Part shown: positions 12,101 through 24,100 of the stretch, in pieces | How positions within the stretch are numbered: position 1 is the first letter of the stretch | How the letters are laid out: the number at the start of each line of letters is the position of its first letter | Assembly: GCF_022045235.1 (NCBI RefSeq) | Contig: NW_027266343.1 | Location: forward strand, 44,640,001-44,704,000 | From: Haliotis cracherodii | Lineage: Eukaryota | Length of the DNA stretch: 64,000 nucleotides | Direction of reading: 5' to 3' | The notes under the pieces: model-generated | What the model was told of the DNA's origin: nothing | The model's input: the letters and a program-made list of their open reading frames with translations, nothing else | Databases searched by the model: none | Translations under genes and position numbers: made by a program

Positions 12101-15100
12101 GCCACTATGGTGGATACTGGCTCTTGAGTGGCTGCATTACTTTGTCCTTCGTGTTTGTTTTCTTCCTCCCCCTTCTCTTCATTGACAACCTCTATGATAC
12201 ATCTTTCAACCTTTTCTACATGAGAAATAATGTGTCCTCCATGTCCTGTTTTGAGCATTCTGGCCATGCCAGCCTTCTGTAACAGTTCCTTGTGTGTGAT
12301 TACTTTGTTAGCCAGGAAGGTCAGTTCCTTTCGGCATTTGTCAATTCCTACTTTTGAGCCATTAATAGTGAACTCGGTTCCATTCTCCTGGTATATAATC
12401 CGGACATGATAGTCCTTCAAATCTTTAGCAATTGTTGCAACTTCTTCTTTGTAGTGGGCCAGAAGGAATCTGTGCTGCCCTTTAGTAAACGAGAGACGTG
12501 TTTCGTCTATGGTGTTAGAGGACAAAAACATTTTGACTTCAGCATAAACACATTCCACATCATCCTTGATCCCTACAATGAGTAGATAATTCTTGTCTTG
12601 GAGATTATGAATACTGAAGGTGTCAGGCAAATGATCAATCAATGATTTCCGTAGGCTTTCCCACGATTCTGATTGCATTAGTAACTGCATTTTTCCTTCA
12701 AGGGGAACAACTCTTTCCACCACAGTATTAAGGATCATTTCACCAACTTGTCCAACTTTTTCTGGAGTAGTTGAAATTACTTCTAGTGATGACTCTTTTG
12801 CATGCCAAGATGCTACAATGCCAGTTTCCTTCAGTACTTTCCTCAGACCATCCTCAACTGCCTTCTTCTGAAGCTCAGTTAGTTGCTGTTTGGAAACATA
12901 TTCAATCTCTGAAGTTTGCGTTCCATTCACCAGTTCATACATTTTAATCGTTGCTTCTTTCACAGAGGTTTCTGGGCCAGACAGATGGACATCATTTGCA
13001 TCAAATATCGCATTCACTCCAGGGAATTGTTTTATCATCTCCTTAAAACCGCACTCTCGAAGAAATTTGGCTTTAAGTGGTGCTAAAGGTTTCACAATTT
13101 CGGGTTTTGGGGGGCCTTTTGAAGATATTCCATGCGCAAATTGTTTCTCAAATTCTGCCTTGACTTCATTAGCTTTCGTAGGAATGCCAACAATTGCTAC
13201 GACCTCCTTGTCAGTGTACATCCTTACCTCTGTTTCATCAACATTGACCTGCATTAACATTGCATCAATGTTGCCCTTTACTTCCATGGGAATCTGAACC
13301 AAGACATGAAGAACAAATTCACTTATGACCGACCTAGCTGAACTCTTGTAATCCATTCCATCAGCAGTTGTAGTTCCACACTCGCCCCCGGCTTGACGAA
13401 ATACGAACAATTGGTTGGACTCATTCAACTTTAATGACAATCCGTAACCACCTAGTTTTTCTTGAATTTTTCTGAGTACTTTGGGTGACTTCTTCAGAAA
13501 CCGTGGTACAAGTTGGTCAACACCTTCAAGGGGTATGGCGCCTGACACCTGAGCTGGTGTGGTGTCATTGGACTCAGGTGACTGCCATCCGACACATTTG
13601 TGATGGAGGTAGACTTTTATATTTGCTTCTCCAAGTGTATGCACTCTCTCGCTGATCTGCTCAACAACTGAGAAAAAAACAGGCAAATATTCAATATATC
13701 ATTATGTTTCTTCCATGCTTTGTTCTATATGTATGCATGTAGTATCGATATTATTGAAGCCATGACTATGCAATCCATAGCAAGCATTATTTCTCATATC
13801 AGTAATCTTTATAGTAAATTCACGGCTCCGGATCTTAAGCGGACCATGTACTGTAGCCCCTTGTTCTTCCTCACCTTTGTGGTCAGCGAGATGGACAAGG
13901 TAGCATCCACGTTGATCTAATCCTTCCACTTTGACTACCTCTGAACTCGTATCATTTCCACATTTCCGGGTTTCAAAGTAATCTGAAATTGTCTCCGAGG
14001 CAAGTGACAATGGGACGCCCTCGACCCTCAGTACTCTGGTGGCAGGTACCTTGAACACTGTCACCGCTTTCGTTTTGAAGGGTTTGTTGTTACAAGCTGA
14101 CTGGAGTTTGGATATATCTGAATGAAGTATAATATATAATTTGTTTGTTTGTTGTTGTTGAACGCAGTACTCAGCAATATTATCGGCTATATGACGGCAC
14201 TCTGTAATCGAGTCTGGACCAGACAATCCAGTGATTGATATCATGAGAATCGACCCATACAATTGGGATACGATGACATGTATCAACCAAGTCAGTGAAC
14301 CTGACCACCATAACCCATTAGTCTCCTCTTACGACAAGCATAGTCACCTCATACCACAAGTATGGGTTGCTGAAGACCGGTTCTTCACGGGTGGTATGAG
14401 TAAGTACAAAGATAAAAGTCAAACATAGCCGTAGTTTATCCACAAAGGTCGACAAAGTTACCATTTTATTTGATTATTATGAATTATTTAACTGATTTAT
14501 TTGTCAAATTCTAAAATATAACTTTTTATGAAGAATACGATGAACACATGTAAAAAAATAACCTATTTTACACATAATGTATTAAATAAATAAAATAAAA
14601 AAATGGACAGTTCTTTGTTTTCATGAGAATTTTTAGATTAGATTTTTAGAAAAATTACTAGAAGTCTGCTTGGAATATGATAATTACACACTATCCAGGT
14701 GGTATCCTATTATAATTCCAAATATTTGATTTAAAATTGAGATTTGATTTTGAGGTTATTTTATGTATAACAAACAAAAGCAAGCATACAGGCAGAAGGA
14801 AACATATTGATCTTTTTAATACTTATAGTATCACTTGCTAATAATATGGTGAAATCAAGATATGTATCACAGGAGTTAATCATATTTACATAAACTTCGA
14901 TATTTCTCCTTACCAATAGGGTCGCTGAAAGTTACCAACAGCACACCATCTTTGGCTCCTTTGTTGACTCCCTTCACATCAGCATTGGCCCTTGCTTGAA
15001 GATAGATAGAAAGGTCCTCTGAGTCCTTATCGAGGTGTGCACCTGGATACTTCAAAAGAACCTTGTCCACATAGACTGGCATTGGTGTATGAGGTCTTAT

Positions 15101-18100
15101 TTCCGCTTCTTCCTTTGCTATGGTTACTCTTCCCTTCTCGACGAGTCTCTGAGCCACTGTAAATATTTAAAAAAAACCAATATGTTGTATCTATTACCGA
15201 ACTCTTAAGATATATACACATAACCCTGCTATAATTACACACACACACACACACACATAACGCTGAACCTATTCATAAGTTTAAGTGTTTATTGAATGAG
15301 GAAACAAAAAGGCTTAATTTACTCCTCGGTTCTTGTAGATTTTATGCCCCTTTCAGCTCATATGACCAATAGGTGAGTCGCCTTTAAGAATACGCAATAC
15401 GCTTTCTGCATTTTGCATTAAAATGCACTCTTTCACATCATTTAGTGAGTGAGTTTAAAATTTACATCTCATCGGCAGTCACATCATTTAAAGGAGGAGT
15501 CGCAAATGTTATGCCTGAAACAGACCAATGATATTTTATAATTTTAAAACAAAGTGATCAAGGTTAGTTGTATTAAATAAGTAATTAATTAACTATTTGT
15601 AATTTACTGAATTATCAAGTTGTGTACAAATAACCTTTCAAATATTTACATCATTTCTTTTGTTTCCCATTTCGGAAGAAATCTGTGACGTATGTCTACA
15701 ATCATCCCCATAATCCAGTGTATCATATCCCTATTCTATTATCATAAATAGTTTGACTTAATCACCACAAAACCTGAAATGACGTGACCGTCCCCGTCAC
15801 ACTTATTGGTAGATTCTCACAATATATTTCTCTCGCACATGAGTATAATTTGAAACGTCGTTTATTTTAAGTGTGCATTTCATACTGGTCTCAAAAAGAA
15901 TGTAAGGTGACGAATACAAATATGGTATTTACTTTAAATATTGATTAATGCACTGAATAAATCACAGAGAATGGTCCAAAATACACAGAATTCGGAAAGA
16001 GTGAGCTTTGTTTAAGGCCTATTTAAATTGGCGCTGACAAACCTAGAAACATAAATCTCGCATTCGAACCCACGATAAGTTTGTGGGACGCCTTAGGGAC
16101 GCAACTCTCCTTTTTATAAAATACATGTATTGATTTCATTACATTAAACTTACCAAACCTAGAAAACGTACCTGAAGGATCTTCGAATGTAATGACAAGC
16201 ATGTTATTTTCCTCGTCATTTTTGAAGTTTTCTATGTCTCCTCCTCCTCGTCTTTCGTTTTCAAAATAATACTTGAACTTGTCCAAACTTCCTGATGCAA
16301 AGTCACATCCATGAACTTCAATCGTTCTCCTGGCATAAACCAGTTCGTCTGCATCGGGATACTTTAAGTGGTGAACTGGAATTGTTTAAACACTTGTTAA
16401 TCCTTAACACAATCAAGGAAGATAAATTTGCTAGACTTTTTACAATCTCAGAAATTCTGTCAAAAGATTTGATTTTTCAACTTTGTACGCCACAATCCCA
16501 CATGACAAACTTAGGGAAAAACATAATTCCTTGATCCATGGGTTTTTTGTTACAAAATGTAGTGATCATAGATACAGTTATATATCTATCGTCAGAGGTT
16601 CGGGTCAATCTGTCAACAATGAAAACAAATGTCATCTGAGGTTTATTGGGAAAACAATATGTGAAATGTTTGACTTCTTCGTTGATAACGTATATGTAGA
16701 ATTTGGGGCTAAGGCATTTAGGGAAGAGGTAGGCATGCACATAGGTACCAATTATGGTCCCCTTCTTGCCGATCTGTTTCTGTGCATTTGAATCAGAATT
16801 TCTGCTCGGGTTGGCAAAGTCAAAACAAGGACATTTGGCCAAGAAGTCTAACTTAAGTTTAGCCAATTTCCTTCCACTGATTTACCCACCTGAACTGATA
16901 TAAACACCAGTGAGACCACTTCATATGTTTCATATTTTTATCTATTCTCCACAAGACTGTATGCGAAGAGGGCTGACGTCATCTTTACCTTCAGCCGACA
17001 TTTCACAACTTTTGAGAGACAATCGAGCATGCTCTTTCTCCTAAGATTCCAAAGAGCCTCATATGTTGCCGAGTTTGTTTTTAGGTGACCAATTGACTTG
17101 CCTTTGCATGTGTTTGTGATGGGTGCAACCGGTTGGGCAGTATCCACTCGCCTTTTCGCGAACACCTGGTCTCATCACGATTCGATTGTGATTCATAAAC
17201 ACATGCTCGAGATATAGTCGGAATCGTACAATCGACTTTCATGAACATAGAAAGGGTTTACTATTCAATGGAATAGCTTTTCACTATAGCTTGGGTTTGT
17301 TTGTTTGTTTTCTTTATTCAGTGGAAATGAATACAATCCCTTACATACCTGACATACCCACGTGGTTAAGGATTATTGGGCCTTATCTTAGCAACTTCTT
17401 TCAATAGTGAATGTTACGGTGGGATAGGGTTTGTGCACTAGAAAAGAAGAAGGGTGTGGAAGAGGAGATAGGATAGCAATATCTAAGTCAAGAATTGGTC
17501 ATTTTTAGTTTAGCTCAAGACTGTCTGTGATGAGGTGAAATGGGGTTTAACGTCGCGTCCAAGATTATTGCACTTATATAGCGACGGGCATGTACGTGTG
17601 TGTGTTTGTGTGGCTGCTTGTACTAGTCCGGACTGATGCCGAATTTATAGTGCTAGCTCACTGAGATACCATGCCGCAGTTTAACATGAATACCCCACTC
17701 AGACACAGTATACTGACTCCGAGCCGACCAGTCCTTGCTTTAGCACCTTAATGCCGAGCGCCAGACAGGGTAACAACAAGTACCATCTTTTAACGTCTTT
17801 TGGTATGACGCGGTCGAGGATCGAACCCCGGACCTTCCGCTCTCCGGGCGGACGCTCTACCACTAGACCACAGAGGCGGTCTCGCAACACTGTCTGTGGT
17901 ATCCAGATATGTTTCTATGTTGTGATAATGTTTTATGAAATATAATATTTGGCTAAAGTCAGGAATAATCTTATTTACGACAAGTGTTTATGTTTTCAAA
18001 GTATTAGAACGGTGGTTTTCGATAATGCTCAATTCGGTTTCTTGTCTTTTCAGTTTCGCTATGGCAAAACGAGCATAGTTCCTCTGAACTTTTTCCAGTA

Positions 18101-21100
18101 TTTAGAAAAAAAACTGTCTGGTTGTCATAATTCTATGCATAAGTTTGTGTTGAAAGTTTCTTGATCCATTACCTAATTCATGTCTGAATCATATGAAAGC
18201 AGTTTGACAGATACTCTTCAGGTAATAAAGTCCCAGTTAGCTTCGACTCCCACTGTGCACAAAGAATATCAAATGGGTTGCTTGTACTTGCCTTAATAAT
18301 TTACATATAAATTTGCAATCGTTAGACGCAAGCATATTTTTCTCTCTCTACAAACACACATTGTACAAGTGTTATCCAATACTGGGGGAAAAGGTTTACT
18401 AGTTTAAAATAGAGACAATGTGATCCTTTTAATTCTAATACTATTGTTAGGTTTGCAAATGTTTTCAAGTGCCCAGTATCTGTGAAAACACCACTTCCAA
18501 ACCACAAAAACATTTTTTATGACGCCTACAATTTTAAATGGTTCTTTTGACTGGCGCAATGGTATATTGGGACATAACTGTTCATTTGAATTCTTCCTTG
18601 AGCGATTCCATGTAGCCATATTTTGGTCACAATTGATTCTTAAACACAAAGCTATAGCAAATGTTCTAAGTACTTATCAATTCTGAGAGGTTTTCTTCTC
18701 ATCCCTTTAAAGTAAAGTTGGCATCATCTGCATATTGGAATATTAAAGTATTCCATTCGTTTGATATCTATACCGTTTATAGATTTGCTACTTTTGATTG
18801 AGCTTGAAAGTAGTTCAGCACATATAGTAAATATACCAGGGGACAATGGATCACCCTGCCTTCAGCCTAAGCCAAGTTAACTGTTGCACTGAAGCTACTT
18901 TTCTGGAAACGTTTGACCCAATATCGCAAAATGGGACCAACGTTAAGAGCCTCAAAAGCTTTATCTATGAATCTCCACTCAACGCTATCACTAAAAATAT
19001 TTAAAACATCTGCAGTAACAAGTAAGCCTGGTATTTCATGTATTTTACAATATTTCAAAATGTTGTATAATATTCGTTTATTATCTCCATTAAAACGACC
19101 CATAAGAAGACCCTATTGTGTCTCACTAATTATATCTGGGAGGGAATGTTTCATCCCATGGGCTATTGCTCCAGATGCTATTTTATAGTCCATGTTGAAT
19201 AAACTCACTTGACGTCAATTTTTTCAAGAAACGTCGATCGCGACCTTATTTAGGGGTGCAGGTAAGCATGAACATATACATGTGTTATGATAGCAACGTT
19301 GCATTTATAACCTTTTACAAAGTCTCATATGTTGGGACAAGGAGTATGACATATAGTTGCAATTTAGATTAATGGGTAAGAATTTATTTACAATCACATT
19401 TGGGGACTTTTCTGATAAACATTGCAATTCATTAGACTTTTAAAAAAGTGTGTTCACAAGTACGAGTTTTGTGGTAACAAATTTTCTTCTGGATCACTTA
19501 CCATCAAAATAAATCATGTGTTTGTCTGACATAAATGGTGTTCTAGATCTTTTAGAAATATATCATCAAGGATGATAGGTATACAGCTGCAGATGAAGGG
19601 TGTGTTTTACTGGCACGGAATAGGTAAATTACCAATTGTCTAAGTGGCACGGATACAAATATATACAAATGTATTTGTATCCGTCGGCGATATAACAACA
19701 ATTTGTCATTCTGATTGTTTTCTTCTTCTGGATTTCGCTTTTTAAGGTCTGCGAATCGGTGAACTCAACAAAACTAAGTGTAAGTGCTTATTGGATTGTT
19801 CTCACCTGTACGTTGTGTAGGCAGTTCAGGTGAGTCGTGCATTTCTTGAGAACGTGGCATAGGGACCGAACTGACTGGGTGGTCGACGGTGATGGACGAT
19901 AATGGCTGTGTGTACCGAGTAGGTTGAGGGAAACCACTTCCGATGTTTGGCTGATTTTGAAAAAGAGGAACTGGCGCAGGTGGTTGTCCTGGGAACCTAG
20001 GAATCGAACCGTGTTGATACTGGTAATAAGGTGGCCAGTGGTAACCCTGGTTTGGATTCACAGGATAATGATTCCATGACGGCGGCCATGGTACTCCTTG
20101 AAACGCAGGTGACTCAGCATTAAAAGACATCCCTGGCGGGTGCGTGGGACGGTAACCAGGATGAAGTGGCTGCCTTGGTGCAAAACCGTCTGAAAGGTGT
20201 ACACTTCCGCTTGTGTTTGGGTAGACGCTGTTCAATGACACGAATCCTCCAGTAATACCTCCCCTCCCACCAGCCTCCGGGTTATCTATATTGTAGTTCA
20301 TTGACTCAAAACCTGACATGGGCGGTTCTTCTAGTATATCCTGACCATGTTGATAACCTCCTGGAGATGACCCGAAAGCACTGTTTAATCTCAAAGAATG
20401 CATCGTCCCCTGTAATTTGGTAATGTGAAAAATAATAAGTGGAGCGAGGTTTGAGACTTTTGTAATCTCTAAAGCCCTTAAACTGAATTTCCAGCATTAT
20501 GGATTTGAATGACACATGAAATCCGAATAAGAATATCCACTTAAGAAATGAGCTAGCGCCAATTATACGGGATTGGGGTTGGGATTCTTCTCCACATTAG
20601 CATGAAACAAAGTTTAAATACGTTGCCACGGCACTGTAGCTCACCATACCACTGCAGACAATGGTTTTTTAAATGTTATATAATGTTACATAAAATAAAG
20701 ACTGCCGCTGCCGACATTGCTATCCAAACATTGTCTAGATAACTGCAGATAACAAATATATTAACAAATGTGAAAGCAGTTTACAGAAAGTCCCTACATT
20801 TCCAAATCTGCAAGAAAATCTACTTTTGGGGATCATCGTTGCAACATACAACAGTTAAACGTACTTTATACAATGTTACTATGACCCTATATACCCGCTT
20901 TGGAGAATATTTCAAACTGTTTCACAAAGTTGATTGGTTGGTTGTTTGTTCGTGGATCATCAATCCACGCAATTTGGATACGATGACATGCATCAATCAA
21001 GTCGGCGAGCCTGACCACCCGATCCCGTCAGTCGGTCTTACGACAAGCATAGTCGCCTTTTACAGCTAGCATGGGTTGTTGAAGACCTATTCTACCTATG

Positions 21101-24100
21101 AACATGGATTAGAGAATATAGAGACCTATCGAACCTGATAGGGAAACAGTTTAAGTGACGGCGATCCACGGTGATCTACGCGATCTGAAGGAGCGCCATA
21201 GATCGCCATATAATGAGGCGATATAGGGGTACTTGTGATCCGATTGCGATCAGATAGCGATCCAATAGCGATCTATGTGATCCGATAGCGATTTGATGGC
21301 GCTTGATCGCCACCCAACCACCCCAAAATGTGGCGTTCTTGCACGATCAGTTCCCGCTCCATTCGCGATCCGATGTGGTCAGGATGCGCTCCAATGGCGC
21401 TCTATTGGCGATCCGATGGCGATCATTGTGATCTATGGCGCTCTTCTCTGATCCGATAGCTATCGAGTGCGATCTATGAAGATCCGTTAGAGCTCAAGTA
21501 GCGCTCTAGGCGATCCGATTGCGACCTGATCGCTGCAAAGGGGCCCGATCCGATAAAGACCTGTGGCGTTCACCTGCGCTCTTCAGTTCTGTGCTTGGCA
21601 GCAGACGGGTATCACCATGAGATGATGCTGCCATATTACAAGTGATTTACACTCTCGTGAACCATGCCATCGTGAACCAGCAGATTGCTCTTCTGGCCCA
21701 GCAGCCTCGAAGAAGAAGGAGAAGGAAGGCTTTTTGGGTGAGACCCTGGAGCGCCATTGGAGCGCCACAGAGCGCCACAGAGCGCCAGAGGGTGGCGCTC
21801 CAAATCGTGAACCAAACAGTGAAGCACAATCAGAGCGCCATCGGAGCGCAATCGGAGCGCCAATGCATCTCCGAGGAGCGCCATCAGATCGCCATGGAGC
21901 GCCGAAGATCGGTAGACCAGCTTTTGTGGCGATCGGCGGCGCTCTATGGTGATCCGATAGCGCTCCGATTGCGACCTTGGCGATCAAGTAGCGCTCCGAT
22001 GGCGATCTAGGCGATCAATTAGCGATCTGATGGCGCTCTGGGTGGAGCGCCACGGATCTTTGTGCAGGGGAGTCAACCGGCGGCGACCTTGACGATCATG
22101 GAGATCAGTTAGCGATCTGTTAGCGATCCGTTAGCGCTTTTGGCGATCTTGGCGCTCTATATGGCGCTCCATAGTGCTCTCACGGAGCGCTTGGGATCGC
22201 CGCGTAGTGGAATGGGGGTATAAGTGTTTCACATGCCTGAGGTTCCGAGGCAGATGTCCTCCATTCTTGCGGCACATCTTCAGCTCCACAAGATGATACA
22301 GTCAGCTGACATCCTTGGTAATTTGGAAACACCTTGCCCTTGATTGTATCTGCATCTGCAATGGTTAATGGGTTGAAGCATATAACTTGTTCACATAGAT
22401 TGATCTCATTTATTGTTGCCAATTTACAAAATAATGCTTTTGTTGATAAGTGTTAACATCAATGTCCTCAAGCCTGTAAGATTCTAAACATGTCGCAATG
22501 AGTTTTTGTTTTGCTCTAAAGGCGTAGAGCGTCTGGTGATCAACAATCTGTCCAAGTTGCTGAAGTACCTAGTCTCTGTTCCACAAAGCGGCCTTTGCGA
22601 TAAGACAATTGATACACATACCTCCTATACTTTAACATAAGATTACTTTGTGGCACAAGGTATTAATGGCCGTAATGGGTTAAAATGTCAGAATGACCGG
22701 GATGTCCACCATGCCATGTGTTGCCCAAAGTGATAAACATCTACAACTTGTGACACAACAAACTTTTTATCAGTTATTCGTGTGGCACCGAATGCACCAT
22801 GTCCAGATTAGGCACAAACGATTGTATATCAGGCATTGGGCATGACTCAAGCTGGTATGATGGCACCACGAGTGAAAGAGCATGAATTCCGAAGTTAATA
22901 CCCCAGTAATTACACGATAATGACATATTTCCACTGAAATCCACCCCTTCACCTTGTCATGTCCCAAGTGCTAGTGGCACCTACTCACAGGGGGCTCATT
23001 CGCCTGAGGCGCCGAAATTCGTTGTGAATTACGTCCCTTTGGCAGACCAGAAACCTATGATTGTGGGTTCGAATCGCGGTTCACCACAAGGTGTCTAGGT
23101 CTTTCCGTGCTCGTGTTTTTCACCAAAATGGTTTTCTTCCCATACGCTGACACTCCGTGTCATAAATGGAATACTGTTCAAAGCGGCGTTAAAACCAACT
23201 CACTCACTCACTGGCATCCCCTTTATTTCCCACACGCTGACACGCCGTGTCATAAATGGAATACTGTTCAAAGCGGCGTTAAAACCAACACTCTCACTCA
23301 CTTGCATCCCCTTTAATAGGAGGGCAGTACCATTTATTAGTGTAAGACACACATCGTGTAACTTGACTTGACATATATTACCCTAAGGTACAGTACCTGT
23401 GTGTTGTGTGGGAACACAGATGTCCCTCCGGTACAGCACCTGTGTGTTGTGTGGGAACATATATGCCCTCCGGAACAGCACCTGTGTTTTGTGTAGGTAC
23501 ATATATGTCCCTCTGACATAACACCACTCAAAGCATGCTGCCTCTAGCAACAGTCTGTGAGGATTGTAAAGTGGCCAGATGCCTCGTGACAGTGTCATAC
23601 ACATCGCACACATACTATTGCCATATAAAGACGATTCATTTTCATGAGAAACATCGATAGAAAGCTGTTAGAGCTACTGAAGTGGTCAGAGCATACATAT
23701 TAAGTGTTTACTTGACATACTGGACATAAGACGGGGGAGACAGCGTGCATTACATTAGGGTGGTCTCTCGTTAAACGGCATTTGTAAACGAAAGCTGTCG
23801 TCCTGTTTTACTGTTTAACTACAAAAAGCAATGACTCATGGTTCGTTTACCCAGAAATATGTGAACGCGGACGGTTGAAATACCCAGAAACATGTCTTAC
23901 TCTTATAAGAATCCATGTAAAGTGTCTATGTATGCCATTAACAGTGGATATTCTCACCATCGAAACAATCTGAGAAAGACATGTTTTATTTTCTGACTGC
24001 ACTGCATTACTTAACTCTCGGGCGTCAGATGAAACATATGATCCAACAGGGCATTGTGTAAAGTATGAAATGGAGTTTGGGTTGGAATACTAGAATGGAA

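Noticed and set aside
12890-13297. 135-aa plus-strand ORF conserved at 50438-50845 (also 11476-11862 and 48954-49310)
   Set aside because: Antisense shadow of exons 7 and 8; the conservation is explained by the sense gene.
19774-20403. 209-aa ORF as a standalone gene or as the PARP start
   Set aside because: It is flanked by an in-phase acceptor and donor that link it to exons 2 and 4.
23387-23514. ~43-bp repeats as a CRISPR array
   Set aside because: The units are contiguous with no unique spacers, there are no cas genes, and the context is a eukaryotic intron.
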